64,000 bases of DNA from Eledone cirrhosa (taxonomy: Eukaryota). Position 1 is the stretch's first letter. Every line of letters begins with the position of its first letter. Shown here one piece after another: positions 24,601 to 39,500 of this stretch. The notes beneath the pieces were generated by a model. It did not search any database. It saw only the letters and a program-made list of their open reading frames with translations, and had not been told where the DNA came from. The stretch is taken from the NCBI GenBank assembly GCA_964016885.1, contig OZ024743.1, positions 211,854,001 through 211,918,000 of the forward strand, read 5' to 3'. The translations under genes were made by a program, and so were the position numbers.

Positions 24601-27600
24601 CACACACAGCCAATGAGTGTCTGCACATGTACCAGTAATTACAGATGGATCCCTCCACGGGCGGCCGGCCCACAATCGAAAAGGTTACTCCGCCTGCAAA
24701 TCGTCATTTTCGGATTCGTTTTCTTCGAAGCACACCATTCGCCGGCGGACTTCAGCTGCCTCATTTAGCATGAGCAGTTTTTCTTGAAGATCACACCACA
24801 CACAGCCAATGAGTGTCTGCACATGTACCAGTAATTACAGATGGATCCCACCACGGGCGGCCGGCCCACAATCGAAAAGGTTACTCCGCCTGCAAATCGT
24901 CATTTTCGGATTCGTTTTCTTCGAAGCACACCATTCGCCGGCGGACTTCAGCTGCCTCATTTAGCATGGGCAGTTTTTCTTGAAGATCACACCACACACA
25001 GCCAATGAGTGTCTGCACATGTACCAGTAATTACAGATGGATCCCACCACGGGCGGCCGGCCCACAATCGAAAAGGTTACTCCGCCTGCAAATCGTCATT
25101 TTCGGATTCGTTTTCTTCGAAGCACACCATTCGCCGGCGGACTTCAGCTGCCTCATTTAGCATGGGCAGTTTTTCTTGAAGATCACACCACACACAGCCA
25201 ATGAGTGTCTGCACATGTACCAGTAATTAGAGATCGATCCGACCACGGGCGGCCGGCCCACGATCGAGAAAAAGGTAACTCCGCCGGCAAATCGTCATTT
25301 TTGTGATCCGTTTTCTTCGAAGCACACCATTCGCCGCCGGACTTCAGCTGCCTCATTTAGCATGGGCAGTTTTTTTTGAAAATCACACCACACACAACCA
25401 ATGTGTGTCTGCACATGTACCAGTAATTACAGATCGATCCGACCACGGGCGGCCGGCCCGCGATTGAAAAGGTAACTCCGCCGGCAAATCGTCATTTTTG
25501 TGATTCGTTTTCTTCGAAGCACACCATTCGCCGCCGGACTTCAGCTGCCTCATTTAGCATGGGCAGTTTTTTTTGAAAATCACACCACACACAACCAATG
25601 TGTGTCTGCACATGTACCAGTAATTACAGATCGATCCCACCACGAGTTCAATGTAAACAAACTTACGCTCAACGACTTTGTTGACGTTTAACACGGTTTG
25701 GTTCCACAGCCACAACTATTGATTTTAAGGAGATATCTTGCTGAAATTCACGCCACACATAGCCAATGAGTGTCTGCACATGTACCAGTAATTACAGATC
25801 GATCCGACCAGGGGCGGCCGGCCCACAATCGAAAAGGTTACTCCGCCTGCAAATCGTCATTTTCGGATTCGTTTTCTTCGAAGCACACCATTCGCCGCCG
25901 GACTTCAGCTGCCTCATTTAGCATGGGCAGTTTTTTTTGAAAATCACACCACACACAACCAATGTGTGTCTGCACATGTACCAGTAATTACAGATCGATC
26001 CCCCCACGGGCGGCCGGCCCACAATCGAAAAGGTTACTCCGCCTGCAAATCGTCATTTTCGGATTCGTTTTCTTCGAAGCACACCATTCGCCGGCGGACT
26101 TCAGCTGCCTCATTTAGCATGGGCAGTTTTTCTTGAAGATCACACCACACACAGCCAATGAGTGTCTGCACATGTACCAGTAATTAGAGATCGATCCGAC
26201 CACGGGCGGCCGGCCCACGATCGAGAAAAAGGTAACTCCGCCGGCAAATCGTCATTTTTGTGATCCGTTTTCTTCGAAGCACACCATTCGCCGCCGGACT
26301 TCAGCTGCCTCAGTTAGCATGGGCAGTTTTTTTTGAAAATCACACCACACACAACCAATGTGTGTCTGCACATGTACCAGTAATTACAGATCGATCTGAC
26401 CACGGGCGGCCGGCCCGCGATTGAAAAGGTAACTCCGCCGGCAAATCGTCATTTTTGTGATTCGTTTTCTTCGAAGCACACCATTCGCCGCCGGACTTCA
26501 GCTGCCTCATTTAGCATGGGCAGTTTTTTTGGAAAATCACACCACACACAACCAATGTGTGTCTGCACATGTACCAGTAATTACAGATCGATCCCACCAC
26601 GAGTTCAATGTAAACAAACTTACGCTCAACGACTTTGTTGACGTTTAACATGGTTTGGTTCCACAGCCACAACTATTGATTTTACGGAGATATATTGCTG
26701 AAATTCACGCCACACATAGCCAATGAGTGTCTGCACATGTACCAGTAATTACAGATCGATCCGACCAGGGGCGGCCGGCCCGCGATTGAAAAGGTAACTC
26801 CGCCGGCAAATCGTCATTTTTGTGATTCGTTTTCTTCGAAGCACACCATTCGCCGGCGGACTTTGTTGACGTTTAACACGGTTTGGTTCCACAGCCACAA
26901 CTATTGATTTTAAGGAGATATCTTGCTGAAATTCACGCCACACATAGCCAATGAGTGTCTGCACATGTACCAGTAATTACAGATCGATCCGACCACGGAC
27001 GGCCGGCCCGCGATTGAAAAGGTAACTCCGCCGGCAAATCGTCATTTTTGGATTCGTTTTCTTCGAAGCACACCATTCGCCGGCGGACTTTGTTGACGTT
27101 TAACACGGTTTGGTTCCACAGCCACAACTATTGATTTTAAGGAGATATCTTGCTGAGATTCACGCCACACATAGCCAATGAGTGTCTGCACATGTACCAG
27201 TAATTACAGATGGATCCCACCACGGGCGGCCGGCCCACAATCGAAAAGGTTACTCCGCCTGCAAATCGTCATTTTCGGATTCGTTTTCTTCGAAGCACAC
27301 CATTCGCCGGCGGACTTCAGCTGCCTCATTTAGCATGGGCAGTTTTTCTTGAAGATCACACCACACACAGCCAATGAGTGTCTGCACATGTACCAGTAAT
27401 TACAGATGGATCCCACCACGGGCGGCCGGCCCACAATCGGAAAGGTTACTCCGCCTGCAAATCGTCATTTTCGGATTCGTTTTCTTCGAAGCACACCATT
27501 CGCCGGCGGACTTCAGCTGCCTCATTTAGCATGGGCAGTTTTTCTTGAAGATCACACCACACACAGCCAATGAGTGTCTGCACATGTACCAGTAATTAGA

Positions 27601-27705
27601 GATCGATCCGACCACGGGCGGCCGGCCCACGATCGAGAAAAAGGTAACTCCGCCGGCAAATCGTCATTTTTGTGATCCGTTTTCTTCGAAGCACACCATT
27701 CGCCG
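19788..27705 (+). repeat. 3945-bp tandem duplication
   Basis: ORF artefacts at 21555/25500, 22512/26457 and 22988/26933. Markers at 20709/24654 and 22368/26313. A hybrid monomer sits at the junction (23733-23760). Confidence 0.9.
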
Positions 27706-30700
27706 CCGGACTTCAGCTGCCTCATTTAGCATGGGCAGTTTTTTTTGAAAATCACACCACACACAACCAATGTGTGTCTGCACATGTACCAGTAATTACA
27801 GATCGATCCGACCACGGGCGGCCGGCCCGCGATTGAAAAGGTAACTCCGCCGGCAAATCGTCATTTTTGTGATTCGTTTTCTTCGAAGCACACCATTCGC
27901 CGCCGGACTTCAGCTGCCTCATTTAACATGGGCAGTTTTTTTTTAAAATCACACCACACACAACCAATGTGTTTCTGCACATGTACCAGTAATTACAGAT
28001 CGATCCCACCACGAGTTCAATGTAAACTAACTTACGCTCAACGACTTTGTTGACGTTTAACACGGTTTGGTTCCACAGCCACAACTATTGATTTTAAGGA
28101 GATATCTTGCTGAAATTCACGCCACACATAGCCAATGAGTGTCTGCACATGTACCAGTAATTACAGATCGATCCGACCAGGGGCGGCCGGCCCGCGATTG
28201 AAAAGGTAACTCCGCCGGCACATCGTCATTTTTGGATTCGTTTTCTTCGAAGCACACCATTCGCCGGCGGACTTTGTTGACGTTTAACACGGTTTGGTTC
28301 CACAGCCACAACTATTGATTTTAAGGAGATATCTTGCTGAAATTCACGCCACACATAGCCAATGAGTGTCTGCACATGTACCAGTAATTACAGATCGATC
28401 CGACCACGGGCGGCCGGCCCGCGATTGAAAAGGTAATTCCGCCGGCAAATCGTCATTTTTGTGATCCGTTTTCTTCGAAGCACACCATTCGCCGCCGGAC
28501 TTCAGCTGCCTCATTTAGCATGGGCAGTTTTTTTTGAAAATCACACCACACACAACCAATGTGTGTCTGCACATGTACCAGTAATTACAGATCGATCCGA
28601 CCACGGGCGGCCGGCCCGCGATTGAAAAGGTAACTCCGCCGGCAAATCGTCATTTTTGTGATTCGTTTTCTTCGAAGCACACCATTCGCCGCCGGACTTC
28701 AGCTGCCTCATTTAGCATGGGCAGTTTTTTTGGAAAATCACACCACACACAACCAATGTGTGTCTGCACATGTACCAGTAATTACAGATCGATCCCACCA
28801 CGAGTTCAATGTAAACAAACTTACGCTCAACGACTTTGTTGACGTTTAACATGGTTTGGTTCCACAGCCACAACTATTGATTTTACGGAGATATCTTGCT
28901 GAAATTCACGCCACACATAGCCAATGAGTGTCTGCACATGTACCAGTAATTACAGATCGATCCGACCAGGGGCGGCCGGCCCGCGATTGAAAAGGTAACT
29001 CCGCCGGCAAATCGTCATTTTTGTGATTCGTTTTCTTCGAAGCACACCATTCGCCGGCGGACTTTGTTGACGTTTAACACGGTTTGGTTCCACAGCCACA
29101 ACTATTGATTTTAAGGAGATATCTTGCTGAAATTCACGCCACACATAGCCAATGAGTGTCTGCACATGTACCAGTAATTACAGATCGATCCGACCACGGA
29201 CGGCCGGCCCGCGATTGAAAAGGTAACTCCGCTGGCAAATCGTCATTTTTGGATTCGTTTTCTTCGAAGCACACCATTCGCCGGCGGACTTTGTTGACGT
29301 TTAACACGGTTTGGTTCCACAGCCACAACTATTGATTTTAAGGAGATATCTTGCTGAGATTCACGCCACACATAGCCAATGAGTGTCTGCACATGTACCA
29401 GTAATTACAGATGGATCCCACCACGGGCGGCCGGCCCACAATCGAAAAGGTTACTCCGCCTGCAAATCGTCATTTTCGGATTCGTTTTCTTCGAAGCACA
29501 CCATTCGCCGGCGGACTTCAGCTGCCTCATTTAGCATGGGCAGTTTTTCTTGAAGATCACACCACACACAGCCAATGAGTGTCTGCACATGTACCAGTAA
29601 TTACAGATGGATCCCACCACGGGCGGCCGGCCCACAATCGGAAAGGTTACTCCGCCTGCAAATCGTCATTTTCGGATTCGTTTTCTTCGAAGCACACCAT
29701 TCGCCGGCGGACTTCAGCTGCCTCATTTAGCATGGGCAGTTTTTCTTGAAGATCACACCACACACAGCCAATGAGTGTCTGCACATGTACCAGTAATTAG
29801 AGATCGATCCGACCACGGGCGGCCGGCCCACGATCGAGAAAAAGGTAACTCCGCCGGCAAATCGTCATTTTTGTGATCCGTTTTCTTCGAAGCACACCAT
29901 TCGCCGCCGGACTTCAGCTGCCTCATTTAGCATGGGCAGTTTTTTTTGAAAATCACACCACACACAACCAATGTGTGTCTGCACATGTACCAGTAATTAC
30001 AGATCGATCCGACCACGGGCGGCCGGCCCGCGATTGAAAAGGTAACTCCGCCGGCAAATCGTCATTTTTGTGATTCGTATTCTTCGAAGCACACCATTCG
30101 CCGCCGGACTTCAGCTGCCTCATTTAACATGGGCAGTTTTTTTTTAAAATCACACCACACACAACCAATGTGTTTCTGCACATGTACCAGTAATTACAGA
30201 TCGATCCCACCACGAGTTCAATGTAAACTAACTTACGCTCAACGACTTTGTTGACGTTTAACACGGTTTGGTTCCACAGCCACAACTATTGATTTTAAGG
30301 AGATATCTTGCTGAAATTCACGCCACACATAGCCAATGAGTGTCTGCACATGTACCAGTAATTACAGATCGATCCGACCACGGGCGGCCGGCCCGCGATT
30401 GAAAAGGTAATTCCGCCGGCAAATCGTCATTTTTGTGATCCGTTTTCTTCGAAGCACACCATTCGCCGCCGGACTTCAGCTGCCTCATTTAGCATGGGCA
30501 GTTTTTTTTGAAAATCACACCACACACAACCAATGTGTGTCTGCACATGTACCAGTAATTACAGATCGATCCGACCACGGGCGGCCGGCCCGCGATTGAA
30601 AAGGTAACTCCGCCGGCAAATCGTCATTTTTGTGATTCGTTTTCTTCGAAGCACACCATTCGCCGCCGGACTTCAGCTGCCTCATTTAGCATGGGCAGTT

Positions 30701-33700
30701 TTTTTGGAAAATCACACCACACACAACCAATGTGTGTCTGCACATGTACCAGTAATTACAGATCGATCCCACCACGGGCGGCCGGCCCACAATCGAAAAG
30801 GTTACTCCGCCTGCAAATCGTCATTTTCGGATTCGTTTTCTTCGAAGCACACCATTCGCCGGCGGACTTCAGCTGCCTCATTTAGCATGGGCAGTTTTTC
30901 TTGAAGATCACACCACACACAGCCAATGAGTGTCTGCACATGTACCAGTAATTAGAGATCGATCCGACCACGGGCAGCCGGCCCACGATCGAGAAAAAGG
31001 TAACTCCGCCGGCAAATCGTCATTTTTGTGATCCGTTTTCTTCGAAGCACACCATTCGCCGCCGGACTTCAGCTGCCTCATTTAGCATGGGCAGTTTTTT
31101 TTGAAAATCACACCACACACAACCAATGTGTGTCTGCACATGTACCAGTAATTACAGATCGATCCCACCACGGGCGGCCGGCCCACAATCGAAAAGGTTA
31201 CTCCGCCTGCAAATCGTCATTTTCGGATTCGTTTTCTTCGAAGCACACCATTCGCCGCCGGACTTCAGCTGCCTCATTTAGCATGGGCAGTTTTTTTTTA
31301 AAATCACACCACACACAACCAATGTGTGTCTGCACATGTACCAGTAATTACAGATCGATCCCACCACGAGTTCAATGTAAACAAACTTACGCTCAACGAC
31401 TTTGTTGACGTTTAACACGGTTTGGTTCCACAGCCACAACTATTGATTTTACGGAGATATCTTGCTGAAATTCACGCCACACATAGCCAATGTGAGTCTG
31501 CACATGTAGCAGTAATTACAGATCGATCCGACCAGGGGCGGCCGGCCCGCGATTGAAAAGGTAACTCCGCCGGCAAATCGTCATTTTTGGATTCGCTTTC
31601 TTCGAAGCACACCATTCGCCGGCGGACTTTGTTGACGTTTAACACGGTTTGGTTCCACAGCCACAACTATTGATTTTAAGGAGATATCTTGCTGAAATTC
31701 ACGCCACACATAGCCAATGAGTGTCTGCACATGTACCAGTAATTACAGATCGATCCGACCAGGGGCGGCCGGCCCGCGATTGAAAAGGTAACTCCGCCGG
31801 CAAATCGTCATTTTTGTGATTCGTTTTCTTCGAAGCACACCATTCGCCGGCGGACTTTGTTGACGTTTAACACGGTTTGGTTCCACAGCCACAACTATTG
31901 ATTTTAAGGAGATATCTTGCTGAAATTCACGCCACACATAGCCAATGAGTGTCTGCACATGTACCAGTAATTACAGATCGATCCGACCACGGACGGCCGG
32001 CCCGCGATTGAAGAGGTAACTCCGCCGGCAAATCGTCATTTTTGGATTCGTTTTCTTCGAAGCACACCATTCGCCCGCGGACTTTGTTGACGTTTAACAC
32101 GGTTTGGTTCCACAGCCACAACTATTGATTTTACGGAGATATCTTGCTGAAATTCACGCCACACATAGCCAATGAGTGTCTGCACATGTACCAGTAAGTA
32201 CAGATGGATCCCACCACGGGCGGCCGGCCCACAATCGAAAAGGTTACTCCGCCTGCAAATCGTCATTTTCGGATTCGTTTTCTTCGAAGCACACCATTCG
32301 CCGGCGGACTTCAGCTGCCTCATTTAGCATGGGCAGTTTTTCTTGAAGATCACACCACACACAGCCAATGAGTGTCTGCACATGTACCAGTAATTACAGA
32401 TGGATCCCACCACGGGCGGCCGGCCCACAATCGAAAAGGTTACTCCGCCTGCAAATCGTCATTTTCGGATTCGTTTTCTTCGAAGCACACCATTCGCCGG
32501 CGGACTTCAGCTGCCTCATTTAGCATGGGCAGTTTTTCTTGAAGATCACACCACACACAGCCAATGAGTGTCTGCACATGTACCAGTAATTAGAGATCGA
32601 TCCGACCACGGGCGGCCGGCCCACGATCGAGAAAAAGGTAACTCCGCCGGCAAATCGTCATTTTTGTGATCCGTTTTCTTCGAAGCACACCATTCGCCGC
32701 CGGACTTCAGCTGCCTCATTTAGCATGGGCAGTTTTTTTTGAAAATCACACCACACACAACCAATGTGTGTCTGCGCATGTACCAGTAATTACAGATCGA
32801 TCCGACCACAGCAGCCGGCCCGCGATTGAAAAGGTAACTCCGCCGGCAAATCGTCATTTTTGTGATTCGTTTTCTTCGAAGCACACCATTCGCCGCCGGA
32901 CTTCAGCTGCCTCATTTAGCATGGGCAGTTTTTTTTGAAAATCACACCACACACAACCAATGTGTGTCTGCACATGTACCAGTAATTACAGATCGATCCC
33001 ACCACGGGCGGCCGGCCCGCGATTGAAAAGGTAACTCCGCCGGCAAATCGTCATTTTTGGATTCGTTTTCTTGGAAGCACACCATTCGCCGGCGGACTTT
33101 GTTGACGTTTAACACGGTTTGGTTCCACAGCCACAACTATTGATTTTAAGGAGATATCTTGCTGAAATTCACGCCACACATAGCCAATGAGTGTCTGCAC
33201 ATGTACCAGTAATTACAGATCGATCCGACCAGGGGCGGCCGGCCCGCGATTGAAAAGGTAACTCCGCCGGCAAATCGTCATTTTTGTGATTCGTTTTCTT
33301 CGAAGCACACCATTCGCCGGCGGACTTTGTTGACGTTTAACACGGTTTGGTTCCACAGCCACAACTATTGATTTTAAGGAGATATCTTGCTGAAATTCAC
33401 GCCACACATAGCCAATGAGTGTCTGCACATGTACCAGTAATTACAGATCGATCCGACCACGGACGGCCGGCCCGCGATTGAAGAGGTAACTCCGCCGGCA
33501 AATCGTCATTTTTGGATTCGTTTTCTTCGAAGCACACCATTCGCCCGCGGACTTTGTTGACGTTTAACACGGTTTGGTTCCACAGCCACAACTATTGATT
33601 TTACGGAGATATCTTGCTGAAATTCACGCCACACATAGCCAATGAGTGTCTGCACATGTACCAGTAAGTACAGATGGATCCCACCACGGGCGGCCGGCCC

Positions 33701-36590
33701 ACAATCGAAAAGGTTACTCCGCCTGCAAATCGTCATTTTCGGATTCGTTTTCTTCGAAGCACACCATTCGCCGGCGGACTTCAGCTGCCTCATTTAGCAT
33801 GGGCAGTTTTTCTTGAAGATCACACCACACACAGCCAATGAGTGTCTGCACATGTACCAGTAATTACAGATGGATCCCACCACGGGCGGCCGGCCCACAA
33901 TCGAAAAGGTTACTCCGCCTGCAAATCGTCATTTTCGGATTCGTTTTCTTCGAAGCACACCATTCGCCGGCGGACTTCAGCTGCCTCATTTAGCATGGGC
34001 AGTTTTTCTTGAAGATCACACCACACACAGCCAATGAGTGTCTGCACATGTACCAGTAATTAGAGATCGATCCGACCACGGGCGGCCGGCCCACGATCGA
34101 GAAAAAGGTAACTCCGCCGGCAAATCGTCATTTTTGTGATCCGTTTTCTTCGAAGCACACCATTCGCCGCCGGACTTCAGCTGCCTCATTTAGCATGGGC
34201 AGTTTTTTTTGAAAATCACACCACACACAACCAATGTGTGTCTGCGCATGTACCAGTAATTACAGATCGATCCGACCACAGCAGCCGGCCCGCGATTGAA
34301 AAGGTAACTCCGCCGGCAAATCGTCATTTTTGTGATTCGTTTTCTTCGAAGCACACCATTCGCCGCCGGACTTCAGCTGCCTCATTTAGCATGGGCAGTT
34401 TTTTTTGAAAATCACACCACACACAACCAATGTGTGTCTGCACATGTACCAGTAATTACAGATCGATCCCACCACGGGCGGCCGGCCCGCGATTGAAAAG
34501 GTAACTCCGCCGGCAAATCGTCATTTTTGGATTCGTTTTCTTGGAAGCACACCATTCGCCGGCGGACTTTGTTGACGTTTAACACGGTTTGGTTCCACAG
34601 CCACAACTATTGATTTTAAGGAGATATCTTGCTGAAATTCACGCCACACATAGCCAATGAGTGTCTGCACATGTACCAGTAATTACAGATCGATCCCACC
34701 ACGGGCGGCCGGCCCACAATCGAAAAGGTTACTCCGCCTGCAAATCGTCATTTTCGGATTCGTTTTCTTCGAAGCACACCATTCGCCGGCGGACTTCAGC
34801 TGCCTCATTTAGCATGAGCAGTTTTTCTTGAAGATCACACCACACACAGCCAATGAGTGTCTGCACATGTACCAGTAATTACAGATGGATCCCACCACGG
34901 GCGGCCGGCCCACAATCGAAAAGGTTACTCCGCCTGCAAATCGTCATTTTCGGATTCGTTTTCTTCGAAGCACACCATTCGCCGGCGGACTTCAGCTGCC
35001 TCATTTAGCATGAGCAGTTTTTCTTGAAGATCACACCACACACAGCCAATGAGTGTCTGCACATGTACCAGTAATTACAGATGGATCCCACCACGGGCGG
35101 CCGGCCCACAATCGAAAAGGTTACTCCGCCTGCAAATCGTCATTTTCGGATTCGTTTTCTTCGAAGCACACCATTCGCCGGCGGACTTCAGCTGCCTCAT
35201 TTAGCATGAGCAGTTTTTCTTGAAGATCACACCACACACAGCCAATGAGTGTCTGCACATGTACCAGTAATTACAGATGGATCCCACCACGGGCGGCCGG
35301 CCCACAATCGAAAAGGTTACTCCGCCTGCAAATCGTCATTTTCGGATTCGTTTTCTTCGAAGCACACCATTCGCCGGCGGACTTCAGCTGCCTCATTTAG
35401 CATGAGCAGTTTTTCTTGAAGATCACACCACACACAGCCAATGAGTGTCTGCACATGTACCAGTAATTACAGATGGATCCCACCACGGGCGGCCGGCCCA
35501 CAATCGAAAAGGTTACTCCGCCTGCAAATCGTCATTTTCGGATTCGTTTTCTTCGAAGCACACCATTCGCCGGCGGACTTCAGCTGCCTCATTTAGCATG
35601 GGCAGTTTTTCTTGAAGATCACACCACACACAGCCAATGAGTGTCTGCACATGTACCAGTAATTAGAGATCGATCCGACCACGGGCGGCCGGCCCACGAT
35701 CGAGAAAAAGGTAACTCCGCCGGCAAATCGTCATTTTTGTGATCCGTTTTCTTCGAAGCACACCATTCGCCGCCGGACTTCAGCTGCCTCATTTAGCATG
35801 GGCAGTTTTTCTTGAAGATCACACCACACACAGCCAATGAGTGTCTGCACATGTACCAGTAATTACAGATGGATCCCTCCACGGGCGGCCGGCCCACAAT
35901 CGAAAAGGTTACTCCGCCTGCAAATCGTCATTTTCGGATTCGTTTTCTTCGAAGCACACCATTCGCCGGCGGACTTCAGCTGCCTCATTTAGCATGAGCA
36001 GTTTTTCTTGAAGATCACACCACACACAGCCAATGAGTGTCTGCACATGTACCAGTAATTACAGATGGATCCCACCACGGGCGGCCGGCCCACAATCGAA
36101 AAGGTTACTCCGCCTGCAAATCGTCATTTTCGGATTCGTTTTCTTCGAAGCACACCATTCGCCGGCGGACTTCAGCTGCCTCATTTAGCATGGGCAGTTT
36201 TTCTTGAAGATCACACCACACACAGCCAATGAGTGTCTGCACATGTACCAGTAATTACAGATGGATCCCACCACGGGCGGCCGGCCCACAATCGAAAAGG
36301 TTACTCCGCCTGCAAATCGTCATTTTCGGATTCGTTTTCTTCGAAGCACACCATTCGCCGGCGGACTTCAGCTGCCTCATTTAGCATGGGCAGTTTTTCT
36401 TGAAGATCACACCACACACAGCCAATGAGTGTCTGCACATGTACCAGTAATTAGAGATCGATCCGACCACGGGCGGCCGGCCCACGATCGAGAAAAAGGT
36501 AACTCCGCCGGCAAATCGTCATTTTTGTGATCCGTTTTCTTCGAAGCACACCATTCGCCGCCGGACTTCAGCTGCCTCATTTAGCATGGG
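25660..36590 (+). repeat. Second copy of the ~9.5-kb block 4809-14270 (offset 20851, then 22321 after an internal 1470-bp duplication)
   Basis: Constant 20851 offset for ORF artefacts 5606/26457 through 12091/32942, then 12091/34412 and 14403/36724. Shared rare variants GGCACATCG, CCGCTGGC, GATTCGTATT and GTGAGTCTGCACATGTAGC. Confidence 0.9.
31604..34696 (+). repeat. 1470-bp 7-monomer tandem duplication
   Basis: ORF artefacts at 31743/33213, 31927/33397 and 32942/34412. Both copies carry CGCCCGCGG (32076, 33546). Monomer sum 228+227+196+196+200+196+227=1470. Confidence 0.92.
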
Positions 36591-39500
36591 CAGTTTTTTG
36601 TGAAAATCACACCACACACAACCAATGTATGTCTGCACATGTACCAGTAATTACAGATCGATCCGACCACGGGCGGCCGGCCCGCGATTGAAAAGGTAAC
36701 TCCGCCGGCAAATCGTCATTTTTGTGATTCGTTTTCTTCGAAGCACACCATTCGCCGCCGGACTTCAGCTGCCTCATTTAGCATGGGCAGTTTTTTTTGA
36801 AAATCACACCACACACAACCAATGTGTGTCTGCACATGTACCAGTAATTACAGATCGATCCCACCACGGGCGGCCGGCCCACAATCGAAAAGGTTACTCC
36901 GCCTGCAAATCGTCATTTTCGGATTCGTTTTCTTCGAAGCACACCATTCGCCGGCGGACTTCAGCTGCCTCATTTAGCATGGGCAGTTTTTCTTGAAGAT
37001 CACACCACACACAGCCAATGAGTGTCTGCACATGTACCAGTAATTAGAGATCGATCCGACCACGGGCGGCCGGCCCACGATCGAGAAAAAGGTAACTCCG
37101 CCGGCAAATCGTCATTTTTGTGATCCGTTTTCTTCGAAGCACACCATTCGCCGCCGGACTTCAGCTGCCTCATTTAGCATGGGCAGTTTTTTTTGAAAAT
37201 CACACCACACACAACCAATGTGTGTCTGCACATGTACCAGTAATTACAGATCGATCCGACCACGGGCGGCCGGCCCGCGATTGAAAAGGTAACTCCGCCG
37301 GCAAATCGTCATTTTTGTGATTCGTTTTCTTCGAAGCACACCATTCGCCGCCGGACTTCAGCTGCCTCATTTAACATGGGCAGTTTTTTTTTTAAATCAC
37401 ACCACACACAACCAATGTGTTTCTGCACATGTACCAGTAATTACAGATCGATCCCACCACGAGTTCAATGTAAACTAACTTACGCTCAACGACTTTGTTG
37501 ACGTTTAACACGGTTTGGTTCCACAGCCACAACTATTGATTTTAAGGAGATATCTTGCTGAAATTCACGCCACACATAGCCAATGAGTGTCTGCACATGT
37601 ACCAGTAATTACAGATCGATCCGACCAGGGGCGGCCGGCCCGCGATTGAAAAGGTAACTCCGCCGGCAAATCGTCATTTTTGGATTCGTTTTCTTGGAAG
37701 CACACCATTCGCCGGCGGACTTTGTTGACGTTTAACACGGTTTGGTTCCACAGCCACAACTATTGATTTTAAGGAGATATCTTGCTGAAATTCACGCCAC
37801 ACATAGCCAATGAGTGTCTGCACATGTACCAGTAATTACAGATCGATCCCACCACGGGCGGCCGGCCCACAATCGAAAAGGTTACTCCGCCTGCAAATCG
37901 TCATTTTCGGATTCGTTTTCTTCGAAGCACACCATTCGCCGGCGGACTTCAGCTGCCTCATTTAGCATGAGCAGTTTTTCTTGAAGATCACACCACACAC
38001 AGCCAATGAGTGTCTGCACATGTACCAGTAATTACAGATGGATCCCACCACGGGCGGCCGGCCCACAATCGAAAAGGTTACTCCGCCTGCAAATCGTCAT
38101 TTTCGGATTCGTTTTCTTCGAAGCACACCATTCGCCGGCGGACTTCAGCTGCCTCATTTAGCATGAGCAGTTTTTCTTGAAGATCACACCACACACAGCC
38201 AATGAGTGTCTGCACATGTACCAGTAATTACAGATGGATCCCACCACGGGCGGCCGGCCCACAATCGAAAAGGTTACTCCGCCTGCAAATCGTCATTTTC
38301 GGATTCGTTTTCTTCGAAGCACACCATTCGCCGGCGGACTTCAGCTGCCTCATTTAGCATGAGCAGTTTTTCTTGAAGATCACACCACACACAGCCAATG
38401 AGTGTCTGCACATGTACCAGTAATTACAGATGGATCCCACCACGGGCGGCCGGCCCACAATCGAAAAGGTTACTCCGCCTGCAAATCGTCATTTTCGGAT
38501 TCGTTTTCTTCGAAGCACACCATTCGCCGGCGGACTTCAGCTGCCTCATTTAGCATGAGCAGTTTTTCTTGAAGATCACACCACACACAGCCAATGAGTG
38601 TCTGCACATGTACCAGTAATTACAGATGGATCCCACCACGGGCGGCCGGCCCACAATCGAAAAGGTTACTCCGCCTGCAAATCGTCATTTTCGGATTCGT
38701 TTTCTTCGAAGCACACCATTCGCCGGCGGACTTCAGCTGCCTCATTTAGCATGGGCAGTTTTTCTTGAAGATCACACCACACACAGCCAATGAGTGTCTG
38801 CACATGTACCAGTAATTAGAGATCGATCCGACCACGGGCGGCCGGCCCACGATCGAGAAAAAGGTAACTCCGCCGGCAAATCGTCATTTTTGTGATCCGT
38901 TTTCTTCGAAGCACACCATTCGCCGCCGGACTTCAGCTGCCTCATTTAGCATGGGCAGTTTTTCTTGAAGATCACACCACACACAGCCAATGAGTGTCTG
39001 CACATGTACCAGTAATTACAGATGGATCCCTCCACGGGCGGCCGGCCCACAATCGAAAAGGTTACTCCGCCTGCAAATCGTCATTTTCGGATTCGTTTTC
39101 TTCGAAGCACACCATTCGCCGGCGGACTTCAGCTGCCTCATTTAGCATGAGCAGTTTTTCTTGAAGATCACACCACACACAGCCAATGAGTGTCTGCACA
39201 TGTACCAGTAATTACAGATGGATCCCACCACGGGCGGCCGGCCCACAATCGAAAAGGTTACTCCGCCTGCAAATCGTCATTTTCGGATTCGTTTTCTTCG
39301 AAGCACACCATTCGCCGGCGGACTTCAGCTGCCTCATTTAGCATGGGCAGTTTTTCTTGAAGATCACACCACACACAGCCAATGAGTGTCTGCACATGTA
39401 CCAGTAATTACAGATGGATCCCACCACGGGCGGCCGGCCCACAATCGAAAAGGTTACTCCGCCTGCAAATCGTCATTTTCGGATTCGTTTTCTTCGAAGC

